From the NCBI GenBank assembly GCA_045862955.1, contig BTVI01000016.1, forward strand, positions 11,433-75,432: 64,000 bases of DNA, read 5' to 3'. Of this stretch, positions 49,787-59,195 are shown one piece after another. Position 1 is the stretch's first letter. Every line of letters begins with the position of its first letter. Below the pieces are notes generated by a model. The model saw nothing but the letters and a program-made list of their open reading frames with translations, made no database searches and was not told where the DNA came from. The stretch is from Fimbriimonadales bacterium. Its GTDB lineage: Bacteria; Armatimonadota; Fimbriimonadia; Fimbriimonadales; JABRVX01. A program made the position numbers and the translations under genes.

Positions 49787-50763
49787 TGGCGACGATGACC
49801 TATCGCGATGCCCTCCGAACTGCTCTGATCGAAGAGATCGAGCGCGACGACAACGTGTTCATTATGGGCGAGGACATCGGACGCTACCAAGGCACCTTCC
49901 GTGTGACGGCGGGGTTGTTCGAGCAGTTTCGGGAGGCGCGCGTGTGGGACACGCCGATCTCCGAGCCCGGCATCGTAGGCATCGCAATCGGCGCTGCGAT
50001 GGCAGGACTGCGCCCGGTGGTGGAGATGATGACGATGTCTTTCTCCATCCTAGCCATGGACCAGATCATCAACCATGCGGCGAAGATCCACTACATGACA
50101 GGGGGACAGGCGAAGGTGCCATTGGTAGTGCGGGGTCCGGGAGGAGCGGGACGTCAACTTTCGGCGCAGCATTCGCAGTCGCTGGAGGGCATCTATGCGC
50201 ACGTACCCGGGCTGAAGGTAGTGTGCCCGGCTACACCCGCCGACGCAAAGGGCCTGCTGAAGACGGCGATACGAGACGAGAACCCAGTTATCTTGATCGA
50301 AGCACCGGGGCTCTATGCGTCGAAGGGTGAGGTGCCCGAGGATTCGGAGTTCATGACACCCTTCGGCGAGGCGGAGGTGGTACGGGAGGGCACAGACGTC
50401 AGTATCATCACATGGTCTCGGATGAGGATGGAGTCGCTGAAGGCCGCGGAGATGTTAGAGAAGGATGGTATCTCAGTGGAGGTGGTGGACGCGCGCAGCC
50501 TCCTGCCCCTCGACACGGATACCATCTTCTCTTCCGTTCGGAAGACTCACCGCGCGCTGGTAGTGTACGAGGCGTGGCGTTCGGGGGCCTTCGGCGCCGA
50601 AATCGCTGCTCGAATCGGGGAGTCGTGCTTCGACGACCTGGACGCACCGGTAATGCGCGTGGGAGGGCTGAACGTACCGATGCCGTACGCTGCTAACCTA
50701 GAGCTCGAGGTGGTACCCAACGCCTCCCGCATCGTCTCCCGCTGCCGGGAACTAGTGGGGTAG
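49786..50763 (+). CDS. pdhB: Pyruvate dehydrogenase E1 beta subunit
   Basis: MGEDIG, DTPISE, GLRPVVE, AQHSQS, PMPYA. Confidence 0.92.
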   Translation: MATMTYRDALRTALIEEIERDDNVFIMGEDIGRYQGTFRVTAGLFEQFREARVWDTPISEPGIVGIAIGAAMAGLRPVVEMMTMSFSILAMDQIINHAAKIHYMTGGQAKVPLVVRGPGGAGRQLSAQHSQSLEGIYAHVPGLKVVCPATPADAKGLLKTAIRDENPVILIEAPGLYASKGEVPEDSEFMTPFGEAEVVREGTDVSIITWSRMRMESLKAAEMLEKDGISVEVVDARSLLPLDTDTIFSSVRKTHRALVVYEAWRSGAFGAEIAARIGESCFDDLDAPVMRVGGLNVPMPYAANLELEVVPNASRIVSRCRELVG

Positions 50764-50835
50764 GTACTACTCTGTACCGAGCGCCGCCATGGTGGGCATG
50801 CTCGGGCCCTCATACAAAGTATCACCTGTTGCGGC

Positions 50836-50940
50836 GTCATGCTGAGCTTGTCGAAGCATGCGCTCGTGATCCCGAGGGTGGTATGACCATGTGGCCGGAT
50901 GGAGGCAGTTATCGTCATGCTTCGACAGGCTCAGCATGAC
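50836..50940. repeat. Inverted doublet of family-A (CGTC-type REP-like) palindromes, 78-bp start-to-start
   Basis: GTCATGCTGAGCTTGTCGAAGCATG at 50836; reverse copy GTCATGCTTCGACAGGCTCAGCATGAC at 50914-50940. Confidence 0.88.
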
Positions 50941-51130
50941 GATTACCCGTGCTCGCCATCCATGCTGCCACAGTTGACAAGCGCAACCAGCACCACTGTA
51001 ATCCCGAGGGAGCGGCGAAACAACCTTTCGATCTGTAATAAGCTCCACCGCGACCGAGGGACCCCTGTCTGACAGACCGTCACATCCCACCCGGATGGGC
51101 TTGCAGCGAACGGCCTCGCAGGGTCGGCCC

Positions 51131-51631
51131 CTAGTCTGCCCCCACCTCCAACCCACACCGCGCGGCGAGTTCTTCGATGAGAAGTAGGTAGGGGACCTCC
51201 ATGCCGTTCCGCTGCCAGCCGACAGGCACACGGGCGCTGCCGGAAACCAGATAGGCGACGGGCGACAGCGTATGTTCGCCAGAACGAAGGGTGAGCCTGT
51301 AGCGATGCTTGCCGCCCGGCAAGGGCGTGATGGAGCGCACTTCTTTGTATGGAATGGAGACCGTCTTCAGCAGCGACACCAGCTCGAAGTGGTCCTCGTA
51401 CAGCCGGACCTCGGTAGCTTCCCCCCGCTTCACGGCCAGGTTGGCCATAGCGGCTCGACCCGCGCGCATCGCTGCTGAGAGACCCTCCTTCAACGCTGTG
51501 CCCAGGTCCTTCTCCTGCAGTCCGGCCTTCGCTGCTTTGGCCTTGGCCCTCGCGTCCTGCTTCATGCCACCCGCACCCACCTCGAACCACTGGATGCACG
51601 CGGGCGGTGAGTAGACTACGGGTTCCTCCAA
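51131..51631 (-). CDS. Hypothetical protein (possible PH-like C-terminal domain)
   Basis: RBS GAGGAGG before TTG; protein-like composition; fills the gap between repeat islands. Confidence 0.6.
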   Translation of the reverse strand: MEEPVVYSPPACIQWFEVGAGGMKQDARAKAKAAKAGLQEKDLGTALKEGLSAAMRAGRAAMANLAVKRGEATEVRLYEDHFELVSLLKTVSIPYKEVRSITPLPGGKHRYRLTLRSGEHTLSPVAYLVSGSARVPVGWQRNGMEVPYLLLIEELAARCGLEVGAD

Positions 51632-51705
51632 TCGCCTTGCCTCCTCGCTGCTACTCTAGGATGGGTCACTGGAAAGGATGCACCGCACCCGCGGCGCCCC
51701 GAACC

Positions 51706-51972
51706 GTCATGCTGAGCTTGTCGAAGCATGAGGGCGACAGAGGGAAGCTTACCTGCTAGACTCGAGAGCGAGCGGGAAGCGGGGTCATGCTTCGACAAGC
51801 TCAGCATGACGGTTTCCCACTGACGGCTCCCCCGGTCTCCGACTGAGAGCTCAACATGACGGTTTCCACTGACGGCTCCCCCGGCCTCCCACTGACGGCT
51901 CAGCATGACGGTTTCCCACTGACGGCTCCCCCGGTCTCCGACTGACGGCTCAGCATGACGGTTTCCACTGAC
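51706..51972. repeat. Inverted family-A doublet (51706, 51784; 78-bp period) followed by a roughly 50-bp tandem repeat built from the half-palindrome
   Basis: GCTCA(G/A)CATGACGGTTTCC units start at 51799, 51849, 51898 and 51948. Confidence 0.88.
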
Positions 51973-51979
51973 CCGTCCA

Positions 51980-52705
51980 CTAGTCGTACGAGCCTCCCTG
52001 GTCAACTGGTTGCGCGTCGCCCACGATCGCATACCGCAAAAACAGCTCCCCATCCTCCTCGAACACGCTCAGAAGCCTCAGCCGGGGCAGGGCGTCTGAC
52101 GGGAACGGCGGCGTGGTCACGATGGTCGGCCCCTCGCCGCCTCGCAGCTTCGGCGCGAGCGTTAGAAACAGCTCGTCAACGTACCCGGCACGGATGAGAT
52201 GCCCGTTCAGGATGGAGCCGCCTTCCACCAGCAGCGTCCGCACGCCTCTCTGCTGGCGCAAGTGCCGCACCGCAGCCAGGGCGTCCGCCACTCGCACGAC
52301 CTCGGAGCCTGCTGGCAACGTCGGTGCGTCACCGCCCGTCAGGTACAGAATTGCGCGCTCCGGCGCCTCCTCGAAGAAGCTGAGGTCCGCCGGAAGCTGC
52401 CCGCTGTTCGAGAGGACGGCTCGAGTCAACCCGGCTGGATAGCCCATTCGCGGGTCCGCCCGGAGTGTCCTGGCACCGATGATCACCGCGTCCACCTGGG
52501 TCCTTATTCTCTCCATCAGGCGCTTGTCGGTCGCAGAACCGAGGCCTTTTGCGTTCTTATCGTTGACGATACGGCCGTCCAGCGTGGAGACCATGTTGAT
52601 CACGGTATAAGGCCGCACATTCGGCGGGTCTGGGAACGTTAAGGACAAATAGGGCTCGGTTTCACGCGCGTCGGGAGGAAGAAGGGCTCTCATCTCGGTG
52701 GTCAA
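51980..52705 (-). CDS. RibD C-terminal reductase domain / dihydrofolate reductase family protein
   Basis: NMVSTLDG, DAVIIGARTLRAD, LLVEGG, VDELFLTLAP. Confidence 0.88.
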   Translation of the reverse strand: MTTEMRALLPPDARETEPYLSLTFPDPPNVRPYTVINMVSTLDGRIVNDKNAKGLGSATDKRLMERIRTQVDAVIIGARTLRADPRMGYPAGLTRAVLSNSGQLPADLSFFEEAPERAILYLTGGDAPTLPAGSEVVRVADALAAVRHLRQQRGVRTLLVEGGSILNGHLIRAGYVDELFLTLAPKLRGGEGPTIVTTPPFPSDALPRLRLLSVFEEDGELFLRYAIVGDAQPVDQGGSYD

Positions 52706-52764
52706 CGTACCGGACGACGTACACTATAATCAAGCCTGCTCGAATGAACGGGACTAGGGAGAAC

Positions 52765-54447
52765 ATGAGCGACAACGTTTTCGATGGCACGAGAGACGAC
52801 GAGCAGCGGGGGAGCAGCGCTCTGGCCATCCTGGAGGAGCTGATCCGGATGGTTCCGCGTGACAACCCGCGGCTCTTGAACTACCTGCGTAGCCTTCAGG
52901 TTCGGCTTCAGATGGACGCCGAGGACCGCGAGAAAATGCAGCAGGCGCTCGCCGAGTTCGAAGAGGCGTACGAGAAACTCACCTCGCCCGCCAACCGCGT
53001 CTGTGTGTACCTGGGCAAGAAAGACGAGTACGCGCTGATCGCCCTCGGCGACACCGAGTTCGTGGCCAACCTCGATCCGAAGGCAGACTTGGCCGACTTG
53101 CAGCCGGGTACGCAGGTGCGCGTGAACGAGGCGTACACCGTGCTGGAGGACCTCGGGGTGCATTCCGGCGGGCAGATTGCCAAGGTCACCGATGTGTACG
53201 AGGATGGCAGACTTCGCGTGGCAACCGACGTACAAGGGACGGGCGGGCGTATCGTCCGGCGCGGTGCGGCCACAGCCGATGCCAAGATCGAGCCTGGGGA
53301 TGAGGTTCGAATGGACCCCACCTTCCGCCTTGCCGTGGAGCACTACGGACGCAACGAAGTGCGAGACTACTACCTGGAAGAGGTTCCCGAACTCCCGTGG
53401 AGCAAAGTGGGCGGGCAAGAAGAGGCTATCCGGCTCATCAAGGACACCATCGAATATCCGCTACTTCATCCCGAGGTGTACCGCAGGTTCGACAAGAAGC
53501 CCATCAAAGGCATCCTGCTCTACGGCCCTCCAGGCTGCGGGAAGACGCTGATCGGAAAGGCGACCGCCTACAACCTGACTCAGGAGTACTCCAAGGTACG
53601 TGGCGAAAAGGTGGAGGAGTACTTCATGTTCATCAGCGGCCCGCGCATCCTGAACATGTGGTTGGGAGAAACAGAGCGCATGGTGCGCGAAATCTTCGCC
53701 ACTGCACGGGAGAAGGCTAGCGACGGGAAACTGGTCTTTATCTTCATAGACGAGTGCGAGTCGATCCTCCGCACGCGCAGCTCCGGCAGATGGCTGAACA
53801 TTTCCAACACGGTGGTGCCGCAGTTCTGCGCGGAGATGGATGGGCTGGTGGAGCTGCAGAACGTGGTAGTGATGCTCACTTCCAACCGACCGGATTACAT
53901 AGACCCTGCGGTGTTGCGGCCCGAGCGAATCGACCGCAAGGTGAAGATAGGCCGTCCGGACCGGCTTGCGACGGAGGACATCCTGCGCATCTACCTGCAT
54001 TCCGGCGTGCCGCTAGCACCCTCACTTCGAGCGGAGTTCGATGGCGACGTGGATGCCGCACGGGAGTGCGCTATCCACCGTGCGACCGAGTACCTGTGGA
54101 GACGTACCAACGAAACGCAGTTCCTTACTGTGTTCTTGCGCAACGGTAGCCGCGACGTGCTGCACTGGTCGGACCTGGTGAGCGGGGCGCTGATAAAATC
54201 CGCTGTGGATCGAGCAAAGGACTATGCCATTCGTCGCGCCATCGAGCATGGCGAACAGGATGGGGGCGTGTCGGTGGAGGACCTAACAACGGCCATCCGC
54301 ACCGAGTTCCGCGAGAACGAAATCTTCCCGAAGACGGACACACAGGAAGACTGGCTGAAGCTGCTGGACTACGATGCAGAGGACGTAGCTGGATTGAAGC
54401 CGATTCGCGAGGGAGACTACGACGCGCTGCAGGGGCAGATAGTCTGA
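52765..54447 (+). CDS. arc: Proteasome-associated AAA+ ATPase (ARC/Mpa-like)
   Basis: N-terminal coiled coil ending LTSPAN, OB-like region, LEEVP, GILLYGPPGCGKTLI, IDECES, NTVVPQ, IDPAVLRPERID, EFRENE. Confidence 0.88.
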   Translation: MSDNVFDGTRDDEQRGSSALAILEELIRMVPRDNPRLLNYLRSLQVRLQMDAEDREKMQQALAEFEEAYEKLTSPANRVCVYLGKKDEYALIALGDTEFVANLDPKADLADLQPGTQVRVNEAYTVLEDLGVHSGGQIAKVTDVYEDGRLRVATDVQGTGGRIVRRGAATADAKIEPGDEVRMDPTFRLAVEHYGRNEVRDYYLEEVPELPWSKVGGQEEAIRLIKDTIEYPLLHPEVYRRFDKKPIKGILLYGPPGCGKTLIGKATAYNLTQEYSKVRGEKVEEYFMFISGPRILNMWLGETERMVREIFATAREKASDGKLVFIFIDECESILRTRSSGRWLNISNTVVPQFCAEMDGLVELQNVVVMLTSNRPDYIDPAVLRPERIDRKVKIGRPDRLATEDILRIYLHSGVPLAPSLRAEFDGDVDAARECAIHRATEYLWRRTNETQFLTVFLRNGSRDVLHWSDLVSGALIKSAVDRAKDYAIRRAIEHGEQDGGVSVEDLTTAIRTEFRENEIFPKTDTQEDWLKLLDYDAEDVAGLKPIREGDYDALQGQIV

Positions 54448-54923
54448 CATCCGTCAGGTGTGGTTGCGTCATGCTGAGCCTGTCGAAGCATGACGCCTCC
54501 TACCGCCACCGTAGTAGTGTCGAGTGCTCCCAGGCACCCGACACCGTCATGCTGAGCTTGTCGAAGCATGACGCCGTCTTCCGCCAGCGTAGTGGCATCG
54601 AGTGATAGCGTCCGGCCCACACCGTCATGCTGAGCCTGTCGAAGCATGACACCGCCTACCGCCAGCGTAGTGGCATCGAGCGATAGCGTCCGGCCCACAC
54701 CGTCATGCTGAGCCTGTCGAAGCATGACGCCTCCTACCGCCAACGTAGCGGGCACGAGTGCTGAGAGGCACCCGACACCGTCATGCTGAGCTTGTCGAAG
54801 CATGACACCGCCTACCGCCAGCGTAGCGGGCACGACGGCTGACAGGCACCCGACACCGTCATGCTGAGCTTGTCGAAGCATGACACCGCCTTCCGTCAGC
54901 GTGGTAGGGTCAGCCAATGACAT
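54417..54923 (-). CDS. Possible 168-aa repeat protein (six 26-aa units) encoded by the array
   Basis: Open frame through the whole array, ATG start, co-oriented behind the hydrogenase operon, excess synonymous differences between units; RBS weak. Confidence 0.35.
   Translation of the reverse strand: MSLADPTTLTEGGVMLRQAQHDGVGCLSAVVPATLAVGGVMLRQAQHDGVGCLSALVPATLAVGGVMLRQAQHDGVGRTLSLDATTLAVGGVMLRQAQHDGVGRTLSLDATTLAEDGVMLRQAQHDGVGCLGALDTTTVAVGGVMLRQAQHDATTPDGCQTICPCSAS
54468..54884. repeat. Tandem array of six 27-nt family-A palindromes at exact 78-bp period with related 51-nt spacers
   Basis: GTCATGCTGAGCYTGTCGAAGCATGAC starts at 54468, 54546, 54624, 54702, 54780 and 54858. Confidence 0.95.
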
Positions 54924-54976
54924 ACGGCCGTCGCTCGCACCCTTCCACGCTCGACACGACGAGTCGCGGTTGACGG

Positions 54977-55438
54977 CTAGCCCCGAGACCCAAGGTAGCC
55001 GGCAACATCTGCCACAACCCTCTCGATGGCACCAACCACGTTCGGGGACGGTGAAGTGCCGAGCGAGAACTCTCCGCCCTCAATCCCATACACAGTCATC
55101 TTCGGTGGTAGGCGCAGTAGGGAGCGGGCCAACTCGATCGCCTCGGCAACGCTGAAGAGATGGGTGGAGGGGCTGTTGCGAAACGCAGCAGGTATGGGCT
55201 CACAGCACGCGTCGAAGCAATGGATAGTGCCTGGAGGAGCCCCGGACCGCACCGCATCGATCAGGATCGTCTCCTCGGCATCACGCCACAAATCCATCAT
55301 CTCCGCCCCATCGCCGCCACACTCGCGGAGGTCCGCATCCACCCCCATCTCACGAAGCCGTCGAACTACTAGCAGGCCGGCTGCGTCGTCTCCCCGCATG
55401 TCATTACCAATGCCTACGATCAGCACGCGCTTGCTCAG
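54977..55438 (-). CDS. Hydrogenase maturation protease
   Basis: IVGIGNDMRGDDAAG, ILIDAV, STH; exact start uncertain (CTG at 55438 overlapping the upstream stop, or GTG at 55426). Confidence 0.9.
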   Translation of the reverse strand: MSKRVLIVGIGNDMRGDDAAGLLVVRRLREMGVDADLRECGGDGAEMMDLWRDAEETILIDAVRSGAPPGTIHCFDACCEPIPAAFRNSPSTHLFSVAEAIELARSLLRLPPKMTVYGIEGGEFSLGTSPSPNVVGAIERVVADVAGYLGSRG

Positions 55439-55788
55439 AAAGTGATCACGCGGTCCGCGCTGAGCGTCCACTCTGACAGCTCCTTCATCGTTGCGTGCTC
55501 CACGCCTCCGAGCAGCTCGTGCCCCCACAGTCCCCTGTGGTCGAGGCACGTCGCGCATGCTACCACTCTCGTGCCGCCCGAGATCGCCTCTTGCAGCATG
55601 GTCTCGATATTGTAGCTACCGTCGGGTCGTTGGTGCTGAGGAATGGCGCAGTAGACGCCGTCTGACAGCAGGAATATGCTCATCTCGACCGTTGGATCCG
55701 CCGCTCGAATCGCCGAGTGCAACCTAAGTGCGTTGAACGCCTTCTCGCTGCCATAAGGGCTGTCGTTGATGACGAATAGCACTTTCAC
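55435..55788 (-). CDS. DsrE/DsrF-like (YchN-type) protein
   Basis: INDSPYGSE, FLLSDGVYC, ACATCLDHRG, ADRVITF. Confidence 0.88.
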   Translation of the reverse strand: MKVLFVINDSPYGSEKAFNALRLHSAIRAADPTVEMSIFLLSDGVYCAIPQHQRPDGSYNIETMLQEAISGGTRVVACATCLDHRGLWGHELLGGVEHATMKELSEWTLSADRVITF

Positions 55789-55800
55789 GCCGTGACACTC

Positions 55801-57090
55801 CTACTCCCGGATGATGTTCAGCTTCAAGAAGTGTGTCGCACACGAAATGCATGGATCGTAGTTGCGCACCGCCATCTCACAGCGCCTTGTCAGCTCGGCA
55901 TGCGGCAAATCCATGAACTGCTTCACGACGTGCTCCAGGTCTGCCTCGATGGACGGCTGGTTCTGCGACGTGGGTGGAACGATCTGTGCATCTACTATCA
56001 GTCCTTCGACGTCGACACTGTATCGGTGGTAGCAGATGCCGCGCGGAGCCTCCGTGCAGCCATAGCCGGTAGCCGCAATCACCTCATACTCCACGCAGGG
56101 CGACTCTGGCGGCTCATACTGCTCTATGATTGCCAGCGCCTCGTCGCATGCATGCAACGTCTCCACGGCACGCACCGCAATGCTCATGAAGGGGTTGCGG
56201 CACTCCGCCTTCAGCCCCGCTTCCAGCGCGGCCTGTCGTGCGATCGGCCGCAGTTTTTCGAAGTTCAGATTGTATCGCGCCAAAGGACCGACCTTGTACG
56301 CACCGCCAGCTTTGTTTCGCGACTGAAGCGCGTTCGAGTGCGATACATGCTGCTCGGAGAAGTGGGCGTCATACTCGCGTATGGCGATGTCCAGGCCCTT
56401 GTTAGAAACCAGTCTGCCCTCGCAGAACGGGTATTCGTCCGGGTGGCTGAGGGCCACGAACTCGTAGTCACGCTCGACATCCGGGAAGGGGAGGGAAGCG
56501 GTCCATTTCACCGCTTCTAGCGCGATATCTCTCGCGGGTTTCAGCTTCTCTGCCAGCTCATCCAGCTCTCTGCGCGAGGGAGTGCGATAGAAGCCACCCA
56601 CTCTCACATTCACAGGGTGGATCTCCCTACCACCAAGCAGCGCAACGATCTCGTTCCCGGCTTTCTTCAGCTGCAGCGCCTTCTGCACCAGCTCGGGATG
56701 GTCCTTCGAGACCGCAATCACATCCGGATAGCCGAGGAAGTCTGGGGCGTGCAGCATGAAGATGTGCAGCACGTGGCTCTCGATCCACTCGCCGCAGTAA
56801 ATCAGACGGCGTAGTGCTCGAAGCTGTCCCCCTACCTTTACGCGAAAGGCATCCTCCATCGCATGGACGGCACTCATCTGATAGGCGATGGGGCAGATGC
56901 CGCAGATACGTGCGGTGATGTCTGGCGCCTCCCGATGGTCCCGGCCGCGAAGGAACGCTTCGAAGAACCGCGGAGGCTCGAAGATGCGGAACTTGACTTC
57001 CTGAACTTGGCCGTTCTTAATCCGGACGGTCAGCGCGCCCTCCCCCTCGACGCGCGTCATGTAGTCCACCTTGATCCGTCTATCGGTCAT
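55801..57090 (-). CDS. hydA: Group 3b [NiFe] hydrogenase large (alpha) subunit
   Basis: RVEGEG, L1 motif RICGICP, EAPRG, L2 motif DPCISCATH plus a short cleavable tail. Confidence 0.93.
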   Translation of the reverse strand: MTDRRIKVDYMTRVEGEGALTVRIKNGQVQEVKFRIFEPPRFFEAFLRGRDHREAPDITARICGICPIAYQMSAVHAMEDAFRVKVGGQLRALRRLIYCGEWIESHVLHIFMLHAPDFLGYPDVIAVSKDHPELVQKALQLKKAGNEIVALLGGREIHPVNVRVGGFYRTPSRRELDELAEKLKPARDIALEAVKWTASLPFPDVERDYEFVALSHPDEYPFCEGRLVSNKGLDIAIREYDAHFSEQHVSHSNALQSRNKAGGAYKVGPLARYNLNFEKLRPIARQAALEAGLKAECRNPFMSIAVRAVETLHACDEALAIIEQYEPPESPCVEYEVIAATGYGCTEAPRGICYHRYSVDVEGLIVDAQIVPPTSQNQPSIEADLEHVVKQFMDLPHAELTRRCEMAVRNYDPCISCATHFLKLNIIRE

Positions 57091-57859
57091 GGGCTTCGCT
57101 CTCCGCGCGGAAGGGCCCCGCGTAGGCGTTGTAGCTTCGGAACATGCGCACCAGTTCGCGGCCGTGGACGCCATGCTCGCCGAACCAGTTGGCGATGGAA
57201 GAGGTATTCGGCGTCTCCTTCGGGCCGAAACAACCGTAGCATCCCCGGTTGTAGGCCGGGCAGATCGCGCCGCAACTCGCCTGCGTGACGGGCCCGAGAC
57301 AGGCAGTGCCGTGCGCTACCATCACACACACTGTCCCTCGCCGCTTGCATTCCATGCATACGCTGTATGTAGGTACATTCGGCTTGCGCCCTGCAAGAAA
57401 CGCGGCAATCACTTCGACGAGCTGGTGCTTGTTGATCGGGCAACCGCGTAGCTCGAAGTCCACCTTCACATGATCCGCAATCGGTGTAGATTTGCCTAGC
57501 GTGTCGATGTACTCCGGCGAAGCGTAGACCATCCGCGTGAAGTCTTTCACGTCGCGAAAGTTGCGCAGCGCCTGTATGCCTCCGGCGGTCGCACAGGCCC
57601 CGATCGTAATCAATACCTTGGAGGACCGTCGAATCCCGTGTATGCGTTCGGCGTCGTGCGGCGTGGTAATGGAGCCCTCGACCAATGACACGTCGTATGG
57701 CCCCCTGATGAACGTGTCGGTAGCTTCTGGAAAGTAGCAGATCTGAACCGCATCTGCGACAGCGAGTAGCTCGTCCTCGCAGTCGAGTAGGGATAACTGA
57801 CACCCGTCGCAGGACGCGAACTTCCACACCGCCAGTTTTGGTCTCTTACCATCCCTCAT
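57080..57859 (-). CDS. hydD: Group 3b [NiFe] hydrogenase small (delta) subunit
   Basis: [33 protein letters not shown]. Confidence 0.92.
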   Translation of the reverse strand: MRDGKRPKLAVWKFASCDGCQLSLLDCEDELLAVADAVQICYFPEATDTFIRGPYDVSLVEGSITTPHDAERIHGIRRSSKVLITIGACATAGGIQALRNFRDVKDFTRMVYASPEYIDTLGKSTPIADHVKVDFELRGCPINKHQLVEVIAAFLAGRKPNVPTYSVCMECKRRGTVCVMVAHGTACLGPVTQASCGAICPAYNRGCYGCFGPKETPNTSSIANWFGEHGVHGRELVRMFRSYNAYAGPFRAESEAHDR

Positions 57860-58701
57860 AGCTCACGCTTTCCTAGCAACGGGCTTACGCGCTCATAGGA
57901 GAACACTGGACCGTCCTTGCACACGAAAGCGGGTCCGTACTGACATCTGCCACACAGCCCGACACCACACTTCATGTTGCGCTCTTGTGACAAGAATATG
58001 CGGTCCGGCGAGACGCCGTGGTTCACCAGGTCCCGAGCAGAGAACCGCATCATCACCTCCGGCCCACACACGAGTGCTATTACGTCCACAGGGTCGAAGC
58101 CCGCCCGGGGAATCAGTGTGGTCACCACACCCACGTTTCCCTTCCAACCTGGGTCCGCTCGGTCGACAGTCACACGCACTGAAACGTCCAGCCTGCCCCT
58201 CCACTTCTCCAGCTCTCTACGGTACAGGATGTCCTTCGGAGTTCGGGTGCCATACAGGAGCATGATCCGCCCCAGCTCCTTGCGATGCGCGAGGCCCCAA
58301 TAGATGGCCGGACGCAAGGGAGCGAGGCCGATGCCTCCGGCGATCACCAGCAGGTCATTGCCTTTTGCCATCTCGACGGGCCACGCACTGCCATATGGGC
58401 CACGCACACCGATCATGTCACCCTTGCCCATTGCTTGCATCGCCTTGGTAACAGGCCCGACCGCGCGGATCGTGTGCACCAACTTCTCGGGCCGGGCCGG
58501 GTCACCGCTGATGGAGATCGGCACCTCTCCCACACCCATCACATACAGCATGTTGAACTGCCCAGGCTCGAAGGCGATCGGGCCACCACCGTCTGCAGGC
58601 TCCAACTCGATCGTGAAGGTGTCATACGTGTCCTTGACGTAACGCGTGATCTCGAAGGGGCGAGGCACGAGAACGTCGGGAGCGACTGCAGCTATTGCCA
58701 T
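57856..58701 (-). CDS. hydG: Group 3b hydrogenase FAD/NAD(P)-binding (gamma) subunit
   Basis: [45 protein letters not shown]...CKDGP. Confidence 0.92.
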   Translation of the reverse strand: MAIAAVAPDVLVPRPFEITRYVKDTYDTFTIELEPADGGGPIAFEPGQFNMLYVMGVGEVPISISGDPARPEKLVHTIRAVGPVTKAMQAMGKGDMIGVRGPYGSAWPVEMAKGNDLLVIAGGIGLAPLRPAIYWGLAHRKELGRIMLLYGTRTPKDILYRRELEKWRGRLDVSVRVTVDRADPGWKGNVGVVTTLIPRAGFDPVDVIALVCGPEVMMRFSARDLVNHGVSPDRIFLSQERNMKCGVGLCGRCQYGPAFVCKDGPVFSYERVSPLLGKREL

Positions 58702-58711
58702 GCCGAAGACC

Positions 58712-59173
58712 TCATGGTGTCACCCTATATACGTCGAGGAGCTGCAAACGAGTAGCCTCCAGTCGCTCTACCACCACGTGCCCGAAGCGTTTGAGAATCT
58801 CATAGCCTAGGTGGTGGTCGGCTTCGCACTTGGTGCGCAGGCACGTCGCGTCGAGTGCGATGGCTCGGACCAAATCCAAACATCGCGCGTCGAAGTGCCA
58901 CTTGTAGGGCCAGATCAGCCAAGACCAACCCAGAATGTCGCCCTCTCCTAGCGTCTGCACCACGAGCGGGCCGCGGTCGTGGGTGTTGATCTCCAGCGCG
59001 ACGCTGCCGCCGCGAATCAGGAAGAACTGCGTCGCCTCGTCGCCCTCTCGGCAGATGAACTCCCCCTCGCTGAAACGAACATTCGAGGCACACCCGACCA
59101 GTAATTCGATGTGCTGTGGCTCCAAATCGCGAAAGAACTTGTGCTCCCTAAGAATCCTCTCTAGCGTCTCCAT
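58712..59173 (-). CDS. Stand-alone cyclic-nucleotide-binding (Crp-like, no HTH) domain protein
   Basis: REGDEATQFFLIRGGSV, LGEGDILGWSW; embedded in the hydrogenase operon. Confidence 0.88.
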   Translation of the reverse strand: METLERILREHKFFRDLEPQHIELLVGCASNVRFSEGEFICREGDEATQFFLIRGGSVALEINTHDRGPLVVQTLGEGDILGWSWLIWPYKWHFDARCLDLVRAIALDATCLRTKCEADHHLGYEILKRFGHVVVERLEATRLQLLDVYRVTP

Positions 59174-59195
59174 CTTGCTACAAACCCCGAAGCGA

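Noticed and set aside
48770..50763. Missing E2/E3 genes after pdhAB as a sign of a disrupted operon
   Set aside because: Split pdh loci are common and no gene remnant is visible downstream.
50767..52053. ORFs 50767-51231 and 51616-52053 containing MLRQAQHD / MLSLSKHD
   Set aside because: These peptides are translations of the family-A palindrome; the ORFs overlap real genes and the 50/49-bp units do not keep frame.
54468..54884. CRISPR array (27-nt palindromic repeat at regular spacing)
   Set aside because: Spacers are 51 nt and clearly homologous to each other, the repeat is dispersed elsewhere as inverted doublets, and there is no cas gene or AT-rich leader.
55801..57090. Selenocysteine-containing [NiFeSe] hydrogenase
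   Set aside because: Both L1 and L2 motifs have ordinary Cys codons and there is no in-frame TGA.
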